Assembly (NCBI RefSeq): GCF_026210795.1
Contig: NC_089434.1
Span: 930,001-994,000, forward strand
Source of the DNA: Rhizophagus irregularis
Taxonomy: Eukaryota
Length of the DNA stretch: 64,000 bases
Direction: 5' to 3'
A program made the translations under genes and the position numbers. This document shows, piece by piece, positions 54,424-64,000 of the stretch. The number at the start of each line of letters is the position of its first letter. The stretch's first letter is position 1. The notes under the pieces were generated by a model that worked only from the letters and a program-made list of their open reading frames with translations, did no database searches and was not told where the DNA came from.

Positions 54424-57400
54424 CTAAACATTCAGAATGAGGAAGACTTTTTGTAAGGAATTAAGTAATTGAGATGTATAAACAGCTTGTGAATGAATTG
54501 CTGATTTTCTTCTCCCCTCTAAAAAATAATTTGATTTTTTGTACTTATTTGCCTTTTTGAATTGCTCTTGAATATCATAATCTCGTTGTTCTCCACAAGT
54601 ATTTAAATGAAATATATCAACCAATTTATGTACTTCAGCTACATTTGGTCTATTGTCTGGATTTGAGTTCCAACACCATTTCATTAAGTCAATATAACAT
54701 TTCGGCGCTTCTTGATCATTTATATCAGGTCTAATTCCATTACAGATATCTAATGCTAAAACTTCATCATGTGCATGATTGGAGAAAGGTTGTCTTCCCG
54801 TTGCTATAAAATACATAATCATACCAAAGCTATATATATCTGCTGCTTGAGTGTAAGAATTTCCTCTTAACACTTCAGGAGCTACATAAGGCATAACTCC
54901 ATAAACATTTGTTTTATCTATATTATCAGCTTTTCCACATAATCCCATATCTGATATACATATTGAAATAAATAAGTCAGCGGATATTGATAATATATTA
55001 CCTGTATGAAGATCACGATGAACCATTTGATTTTCATAAGACCAGTAATAATACATATAACATTGAAACCAATCAAATTTCTCATATTGCTTGTTTATAA
55101 AATTATATAAATTTCCACCTTTATCAGGATCTTGCGATATTCCATATACTGTAAGAATTTCATCACAACTTTTAATTGAATATTTTTTAATCTATTAAAC
55201 AAAGTAATTGTTAATATATTATTAGAAGTGTTCAAATTAAATAGAAAAATTTTCATACCACATCTAAAAACTCTGTAGCAATATTTTGTGAGTCATCTAA
55301 TTGTTTTAAAATAAATTTTTTCTTATCCTCTACATATTTATCATGTTTATTATAAGATAATGGCCCATCTTTCCATGCTGCTAAATATATAATAGAAATT
55401 TACCTCACAAGTAATATTTTGTGAATATTTTAGATTGACTTTTGATTCTATTCGTCTTATTATTTCTTTTTCATAAAGATATTTATAATAATAAAAGTCA
55501 TTCTTCCATATTGCCGAATATATTTTAGCGAAATTTTCATCATTTATTTTTTTTATATTATCAAACTGATCGTATGGAATCCATTCAAATATCATATTAG
55601 AATTGCTTTTAACTTTTAGTTGCATTTTCTGGATTAAATTATCAATATTTTCATTTCCACTGGTCCAGTTTGCAAAGTTTAATTTTAAATCATTTACTTG
55701 ACAATATATACACCGTTCACAATAATTTAATTCTTTGCCACACCTTTCACAGTGTAAGTTTACATATTGAGAAACAATAATACAATATTTTGTATTTTTA
55801 TTTAGAGATATCCCATATACCGTTAAATCATTTTTACAAATCTACAAAAATTAAATTTATAGTTATTATTTTAAATATTACAGTATATATATATACATAT
55901 CAGAATTTCATACCTTATCTAGAGATTTATCAGTATTTTGTAAGTAATGTAAGTAATGCAATCTTAAATAAACTTTCTTATTTGATTCTCTTGTCCATTT
56001 CTTATCATGAAAACTTAATGGGCCATTCTTCCATATTGCTAAATATAAATTATTTTTATTTATTTCTTTGATGTCGTCAAACTGATTATATGGTATAAAC
56101 TCAAATATTCTAGAACTAACACACTCGGTTTTTCGTCTTTTTGAATATAATTATCAATTTTTTAATTTCCGCTAGTCCAATTTATAAAGATTTTTTTCAA
56201 ATAATTCTTTTGGCATCGTTTACACCAATGACATTCCGATTCTACATCATATTTACCACATTTAGTGCATGTTCCATCATAATCATTTTGAAGAATCGTA
56301 ATATAATCGTTTGTATATGGATTTTGAGAAATTCCAAAATTTTTACCACGATATCTATTTAAATCGTGTATAATCTATTAGGATATAAAATAAATTATTA
56401 TTAAATTAAAAAAAAAGGTAATTAAATTATATTATATAAAGATAATCTCATACCTCATTTAAAAATTTCTTAGCGACATTATATAATTTTAAAGTAATTT
56501 TTGCATTCTGTTGATTTCTTGTATATTCATTTTTTATTTTATCATAATTTAAGGGACCATCCTTCCATATTGCTGAATAGTCTTTAGTAATAATTTTTTC
56601 TTTAATATTATTATATTGATTGTATGGTATCCATTCAAGTATTTTATCATCTGGTTCATTGATTTCTAATTGCGTTTCTTGAATTAAATTATCGATTTTT
56701 TCATTTCCGCTAGTCCAATTTGTAAAATTTTGTTCTAAATTACGTATTTGACATAATTTACACCACTCATAATTTGCGTCCTTTTCACATTTGTATTGTT
56801 CACCGCATTTTTACGATGTATATTTGGAAAATCAGAATATAAATTTCCGTATCTGGATTTTGTGATACTCCGTACATTTTAGAATATTTATTGAATTTTA
56901 TCTATTAAAATTAAGAAAAAATAATCAGTTGTTTCCAACTAAACGTGAACGTATATCTAAAGAATACATACCATATTTAAATGTTTAATGACATTTTGTG
57001 AATTATATAAATATTTTAAAGTAACCACTTTATTTGATTTTCTTGTCCATTCTCTGTCATTATAACACGATGGACCATTCTTCCATGTTGCAGAATATAT
57101 TATATCAAAATCATCTTTACCTATTTCTTGGATATCACTTAGTTGATTGTATGGTATCCATTCAAATATTATATCCGATTTATAATCGATTTTTAATTGC
57201 ATTTCGTGAATTATATTATCAATATTTTCATTTCCACTTCTAATCAAATTTTCTTTAAAATAATTAATTTTACATGGTTCACACCATTCTTTAATTATAT
57301 TTGTATATATTTTACCACACTTTACACAATATATATCTTGAAAAACAATAATATAATCTTCTGTATTTGGATATTGAGATATTCCATGTATTCTAAGAAC

Positions 57401-57909
57401 TTCGCCGATATAAGTTATTGAATATTTTTTATCCTGATAGAAAAAAAAATATTATTATGAAGGTATGACAATTAAATTCAAAGAAATTTTCTTATTATTA
57501 CCTGGTCAATAAAAAATTCATTAATGATATTTCGTAAATTATATAGTTTTAAGACAATTTTTTTATTCTGTTGTTTTCTTGTATATTCGTTTTTATTTTT
57601 ATCATAATCTAATGGTCCATCTTTCCATATAGCCAAGTGTACTTTATCAGAACCTTCACCTATTTCTTTAATATCATCAAATTGATCATATGGTATCCAT
57701 TCAAATATCATATCATCCAGCTCATTAATTTCTAATTGCATTTCTTGAATTAAATTATCAATCTTTTCATTTTCACTTGTCCAATTTGTAAAATTTTGTT
57801 TTAAATTATTTATTTGACATGATTTACACCATTTATACATAGCATCATATTCACTCATATATTTTTCGCCACATTTCTTACACTGATCGTCGTCATCTTG
57901 TGATGACAT
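54424..57909 (-). pseudogene. Kinase with ~5 tandem Cys-rich/N-lobe modules and one C-terminal catalytic lobe; frameshifted
   Basis: Repeated CxKC..WCKxCQ..NWTSxNExIDNLIQEMQL..FEWIPYxQF..WKDGP modules. A terminal HRDLHTGN/DMG/APE lobe. Several indels. Confidence 0.8.
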
Positions 57910-58348
57910 TTTTATAAAAAATTATTGTTTGAAAAAAATGTAAAGCCAATACTTATTTCACAAAAAAAAGAAGAGTAATAAAAAAAAAACGAAACAAAGT
58001 TTCAAAAATGATTGTACACGTTACCGTATTTATCAAGTAAATTAAAGGTTATCAGACCATTTACGTACTAAAGCTAAGTGGTTTAATTTTGTTAAATGAT
58101 CCGCAAAAAGATTCTCTAAAATCGTTCTATTTATACGAATTAACGTGTACATATAATCATGATCCCACATGACTGATATATTTTAAGAAAAAATGAAAAA
58201 AATTTTTATTACTCAATAAACAAAGGGTAAATAAAAAATTTACTATTGGCTGTACGCATTTTTTCAGGGCCGGAATTATGATAGTGACAATCATTTAATT
58301 GTCTAAAAAAGGAAAGATTTACATGACTATTCTACTATTCTATACTTA

Positions 58349-59629
58349 CAGTGGTGTGCAAAAAAAATGACAATTTTTCAAGTCACGTTAATTTTTTAAC
58401 CAATAAACCAATCAAAAAATAAAAAGTATTATTTTAAAGCTAAAACATAGTAGACTTTATTAAAAAAAATTAATATGGTATTCGTTCACCATTTCTGTCA
58501 ATAACCTCCCTACAACGTTGCGGCATTGAATTTACAAGATTAATTAGGAGGTTATTTGGAATTTTTACCCATTTTTCATGCTAAAAAACATCTAATTCAT
58601 TAAGATTTTTTGGTCTACGCAACTCTGTATTTCTCTTAACAATTGCCCAAAGGTTTTCTATGGGGTTTAGATCTGGACTATTGGATGGCCAGTCCATAAC
58701 CTCTGGGACATTATTTTTGAGAAATTCCTTAGCAACCCGACTAGTATGTTTAGGATCATTATCTTGTTGCAGCCGCCAACTATCTCCTAACATACTGTAC
58801 ACCTCTGGAATTTGTCTTTCTAATATTTTTGTGTAAAATTTTCCATCCATTATACCCCTAAAACAAAAAAGACTTGTTTTACCTCTTATGCAAAAACCAC
58901 CCCATGCAAAAATTTTACTTCGGTCTTTTGGTATGGGACGAATTGGCCGTTGTTTTTTATACCAATGTCTTACTGTGTTGCGGAATAGCTGGAAAGCTGT
59001 CTCATCACTAAATAAAGTATTTTGCCCAGTCATCATTCATGTGATTTTGTGCCCATTCAATACGTTTATGCTTATGGGCTGGAGTAAGCATTGGTGTAGC
59101 AAGGGGGAGTGCATTTTTGTATCCGTGACTGGTCAAATACCTTGAAACTGTTGAGCGAGAGACGTTAACACCAACATCTTCCAATTTGGCAGCAATGAAC
59201 TTGGCGGTAATTGTGGGTTTTCTTCGAATATATTGTCCAATTTCACGAGCAGCCTTTTGCGTTATTTTACTAATACGTCCATTGCCACCTCTATGTTTCA
59301 CATCTCCGGTTTTTTTGATTTTTTTAAGGTTCCTATATATTGTCCTAAGTGGTATCTTTGTCAAAGAATGAATTTTGGCGGCAGTACGTATTCCTTGCCT
59401 CCAGAATTGTAATATCGTTTGTCTTTGAGTTTCTTGCTTAGATAGTGGCATTTTATACGGTTAATAAAATACAATTTTATTATATATGGGAAAAAATTTT
59501 TCGTTAAAAAATAAAGTAATCACGGGGCTTTCATACGCATATTTATTTGTGTAGATACGACTAAAATCGGATAAGTTATGCCTGCTGATCATTACTCAAA
59601 AAAATTGTCATTTTTTTTGCACACCACTG
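58349..59629 (-). mobile_element. Tc1-family DNA transposon, full length
   Basis: Perfect ~31-bp TIR cagtggtgtgcaaaaaaaatgacaatttttt and TA TSD. Confidence 0.97.
58470..59451 (-). pseudogene. Tc1 transposase (DD34E) with one frameshift and one nonsense codon
   Basis: HTH region, FSDET, QQDNDPKH and WPSNSPDLNPIEN, with 34 residues between D and E. An extra A lies at ~59020. TAG at 58581 is followed in frame by HEKWVKIP..SMPQRC..GERIPY*. Confidence 0.93.
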
Positions 59630-59810
59630 TACCTATTTCAGTATTTTTTCGGATCCTGGTAAATATATCTTTCGTTAGTTCCCGTTGTCTCATTCTGAAA
59701 TTAACCAATCCTTTTTTAGATCCGACATCAAACAATTATGTAATGGCCTTACAATATGAATCAAGGAAATTTAAGAAATCACAAATGGAGTGATAAATTT
59801 CGGATGGCAT

Positions 59811-59927
59811 CCCTATAAAAATTCTGGAAAAAACTCTGATATAAAATGATCATTTTTCTCATTTTTCTGGTTTTTATTCTGAAGAAACTCAAACACGTGA
59901 TCATCTTTCTGAATAATTTTTATAGGG
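59811..59927. mobile_element. ~115-bp MITE, copy 1
   Basis: ccctataaaaa...tttttataggg. Homologous to 63000-63108. Confidence 0.65.
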
Positions 59928-60329
59928 CCTCAGAAGTTGCTTGTGGATTGAAGTATTTACATTCCACAAAAATTATTCATAGAGATTTGATAATATATAC
60001 TAATTGTCCTGAGCGTAGCAAATGACATTCAATTGTTATCTGATAGTTAATCCATGTAATATTCCTTCTTTCCACCTCTGCATTGTCCTTTTTTGATTAT
60101 ATACGCTTATTTTATTTAGTGCTACATATTACATAACAGTTAACATAATCAATTTTTTTGTTTATGTTGTAATAAAGAAAGATACTGTATAATAAACGTG
60201 ACGGATTCCATTTTCCTAGTTTATTTACTTCATTCATTTTATTTTCATGTTTTAATTTAAATTATTTTTGTTTTATTTTTATAGCATGCAAAAAATATAA
60301 CTAATGATTGTAAATCTTGGATTAGCAAA

Positions 60330-60900
60330 GGAATTGGAATTCCAGCATACATGTATGTCGAACCATAATTAAATGGTTACGGTACATTTCGCCGAAATCC
60401 ATTTTACCGAACCCCATTTCTCTGAAGCCATTTCCCAAAGGGATATTTCTCCGAAAGGACATTTCACTGAATCGTCCATTTCGCCAAATTCCATTTCGCC
60501 GAAAATGGTAGCGATTAACATTTTTATAAACAAGAAACCTATATATAAAAATGATACATTTGTATATATTTTTAAAGAAATTATGTATATAGAATGAATT
60601 TTGTTTGAAGGTTTTAGATATTTGGAATTCTATGATCAAACTGTACCTAGTATAATTGAATTTGCTTGTCAAGCTTTAGCTATTCATGAAAATAATGCTT
60701 TCTTTGAACCTTGTCGTATACTTCCGAACAAATCTGGTACTATCGTAAAAGAGACTTGGTTTCCGGGTGTACATAGTGAAATAGGTGGTGGAACTTTTAA
60801 CTTTTTTATCACTTAAAGGCAATGAATGAATAACTAATGCAACTCTTTTGTAGATGATAGAAAATATTGGAGGTTTATTAATGCATGATAATATCGAGTC
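60330..60900 (+). pseudogene. DUF2235 / Tle1-like alpha-beta hydrolase fragment
   Basis: GIPAY ... EFYDQTVPSIIEFACQALAIHE..FFEPC...ETWFPGVHSEIGGG. No N-terminal catalytic part is seen, and a repeat insertion interrupts it. Confidence 0.75.
60381..60505 (+). repeat. catttcgccgaa tandem array (Mutator-like TE end)
   Basis: ~15-bp periodic units. Confidence 0.7.
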
Positions 60901-61113
60901 TTATCGTGCTCGATTCTCTCCTGCTGATATTGGACCTTCTTGGCCACTACGTGGCCCATTTTCATCCAATCATTCGGTCCTGTGACCGATATAGCTACTC
61001 CCTCATCCAATAACTATTTAATATACAAATTTTGATCACTTTATTATAAAATAATAAATAAGATACACGAAAAAGGTCTCAGTTGCTTACGTCATACATA
61101 TCCAATAACTTTA

Positions 61114-61302
61114 TTATCAGTCATGTTTATGAATTATGATAACTGATTTACCACTAGGATTGCTATGTATATCATGTATATCATGTGTGTTTATGATAAC
61201 TGATTTACACTAGGATGCTACTCTACCATGTGGCCTTCGGCCACATGATATACATAGCAATCCTAGTGGTAAATCAGTTATCATCTACAACATGACAGAT
61301 AA
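61114..61302. mobile_element. Small fold-back element
   Basis: Perfect 41-bp inverted repeat (61137-61177 / 61243-61283), an outer 12-bp IR and a central 9-bp hairpin. Confidence 0.7.
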
Positions 61303-61758
61303 CAATTACATGTTTCAGTGTTTCACTATCCTTTAATGTTACTATTATAATTAATGTTTATCACCATGTGGGTCTATGATTTTCAGATTCGTTTCGTTTC
61401 GTACTAAAATGATCTACATCATGTGATCATTAATTATTTCAATACTGCGCCGCATATTACGATATTAATTTACCAACCTATCCTGACTATCCATATAAAA
61501 TAAAATAATTAATTTACCGACCACTTTTTATATTATGGTAAATTATGGCACTAACCAGGATATTATCACACTGATATTAATTGTCAGGCAATAAATAAAT
61601 AACTTACTTTTTCGCGAATAAATATTTTCAGGAAAATTAAGTAAAAAAATGATTAATGTATTATAAACAACGAGATAAATTTAATAAAAATAAAATTTAT
61701 CGATTTCTTTATATTAGTATAAAAACAATAAAGTAACCAAATGGAATAAATAATTTTT

Positions 61759-61931
61759 TCGGCGAAATATCCATTCGGCGAAATGTCCATTCGGTCGAAA
61801 TGTCCATTCGGCAAAATGTCAATTCGGCGAAATGTCCATTCGATAAAATAGCTCTGGCGAAATAGGTTTCTGTGAAATGGTATTTCGGCGAAACGTCCTT
61901 TCGACGAAATATCACTTCAGTGAAATATCCT
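61759..61931 (-). repeat. ttcggcgaaatgtcca tandem array, inverted relative to 60381-60505
   Basis: 15-bp periodic units. Confidence 0.7.
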
Positions 61932-62459
61932 TTCAGGTGTGATGTCTTCAATAAATGATGATTATTTCATTTTTTTTTGTTTTATATGACACATTCCCAA
62001 TTTTTAGATCTACTTTATTACTTCATATATTAATAAAAAAAAAAAGAATGTATTGTTTAGTTAATTTGTCAATCTTTATTATTAAAAAAAAGTCATGTAA
62101 ATATAACATTTTTGTGAAATTATAGAAAAAAGAAAATCTACAAAACATTATCGAAGTAAAAAAGTGTTGAGTTAAAAACCTAATTTTGTTTTATTTTTAA
62201 ACAAAATTCGTAAATGAACTCGCCGATAAATAAACAATGAAAAAATAAATTTTTCATACAAATCCATATTAGATTTATACCAGAACGAAATCTGCTGATC
62301 TACTCTTGAATCACTTAGATCTAAAGACCAACATGTTGGAAGCCTTTTCAATGGCCCCGAATAGTTTGTGTATACTGCGGAAAACTTTTACTTATTTACC
62401 TTAATGGGATCATCTAACCGTATTTGATAGAAATTTACTCACTAGTTTACAGCAAAATT

Positions 62460-62980
62460 CGAAATATAAGTGGACACTTTGAAAATTTTTATTGCCGAGA
62501 TTGTCGGGTACTCGGGTTACTCGGCTAGTCGGGTTATTTAGAGACGATATATAACACGTGACATATATATATATAATGGCGTAGTATAATAATGGTTATA
62601 TCATTGGTAGCCTTAATGACCATGATTTTTTCATATCCGTATGTTACACATAATGAGAACTTATTTATAGTTTATTTGTTGGATAGTTTAATAGTTAGTT
62701 TGTCCTTTTCTCATTTTCACGAAAAATTTTATATTACGCACTAAATAAATAAAATAATATATGACGGATATGAGCAAAAAGATCGGCATCAGGATACCGG
62801 ATATTATAGTATAATAAAGTATAATATACTATATAATGTAATTATGTTATATTAAAATTTAATTAAAGTATACCCCCATCATATATATATATGTCCTTTC
62901 TAATAACCCGACCAGCCGAGTAACCCGAGTACCCGAAAATCCCGACAATAAAAATTTTCAAAGTGTCCACTTATATTTCG
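62460..62980. mobile_element. MITE with ~78-bp TIRs
   Basis: cgaaatataagtggacactttgaaaatttt..cgggtactcgggttactcggc..gtcgggttatt is mirrored at 62902-62980. Confidence 0.88.
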
Positions 62981-62999
62981 TAATATAATTTTTATTTAG

Positions 63000-63108
63000 C
63001 CCTACAAAAAAAATTCTGAAAAAAACTCCGATAAATGGTCATTTTTCTAGTTTTATTCCAAAGAAACTCGGACACGTGATCATTTATCTGAAAAATTTTT
63101 TTATAGGG
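63000..63108. mobile_element. ~110-bp MITE, copy 2
   Basis: ccctacaaaaa...ttttataggg. The interior matches 59811-59927. Confidence 0.65.
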
Positions 63109-63169
63109 AACAATTCTACAAATATTATTATTTGGCGAAAAGTTTAAAAATGGCAATTTATGTGGAATA

Positions 63170-63300
63170 TTGGAATTCCGGATATTGGGATCGGGTTATT
63201 AGAATTCAGGGTATTGGGATTTGGAATATTTGGATTCAGGATTCGGGATTCGGGAAATTGTATTTTTCAGGAAAGGGTCCAGTTCGGGAAATTATTATTA
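63170..63300. repeat. ttcgggat-type subterminal repeat array
   Basis: Repeated ttcggga/ttgggat motifs. Confidence 0.5.
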
Positions 63301-64000
63301 TTGGTTTCGAGGAAAGATTTTCAGGTGGTCCGACGATGAACGCCACGTTCACAGTTATAATGAATTATTCGAAAATGGTTATAATTTACTCTCAGAAATT
63401 GTAGAAACATTATTCACTTTCTTTTTTTGTATTTATTGTTAATAATTATATATACCTACCATAAAGCGTTTTTTATAGTTCTTGGATATACTAGGGAGTA
63501 AGAAATATACATAAAAAATTGAATATTTAATAAGAACCAAACATGTTATTTTACTCATAGAGATAGCCATGGTTACGTATTTATAATAAATTATTATTCG
63601 AAAATAGTTCTAATAAGGAAACCTTTAAATTGATTATATTATTACGTGTTCACGTATGAATATAGATTATTAATTCTGGAAACATGAACTTTTTACAGAA
63701 AAAGGACTCTAAAGATAAGATGCAAGAATGAAAAATAAAAAATCAAGATGATGATCCAAAAAAAAGTAAAATCAAATAAGTGTTGTGCAATGCAAAATTC
63801 GGCAAAGATGGAATATAAAAAACGGGAGAAAGAAAATTACTAAGAGTAAGATCACTTTTTTAAACGTTTGATTAGTAATGACTAAAGATACATGGCCATA
63901 TTTTTGAAACCAGAATTTTATACTATTGTCTTTTTGCATTTTTACTGTTTAAAGTTGCATTATTTTAGTATTTTAGCGCTTTTGAAGTTTCCTTTTTTTA

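Noticed and set aside
58349..59629. Fanzor/TnpB cargo in the Tc1 element
   Set aside because: The element holds only the transposase; there is no RuvC or Zn-ribbon ORF.
60322..60672. ORFs over the catttcgccgaa arrays (also 61709-61951 and 63132-63442)
   Set aside because: Artefacts of periodic TE-end repeats.

Overview
Very AT-rich, intron-rich eukaryotic DNA. Its gene content (expanded TKL-type kinases, a Crinkler/REase effector, many small TIR elements) fits an arbuscular mycorrhizal fungus such as Rhizophagus; this assignment is an inference. Apparently intact genes are two intronless VC0807-like membrane-protein paralogs, msrA, an AAAP amino-acid transporter, a KH-domain protein, a Kre9/Knh1-like GPI-anchored secreted protein, and several kinases including one pseudokinase. 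Damaged genes include an EED/ESC (PRC2) fragment, a frameshifted Crinkler-REase gene, a multi-module kinase and a DUF2235 fragment. A tandem segmental duplication (about 25.6-41.8 kb) copied a kinase together with the 3' end of the transporter. Mobile DNA includes a full-length DD34E Tc1 element, a LINE relic with RNase H, a ~4.9 kb TIR-bounded insertion and more than 10 MITE/HINE-like elements. The most unusual signal is a long, sense-strand-structured intron in the Crinkler gene. Exon boundaries were read by eye and are approximate.
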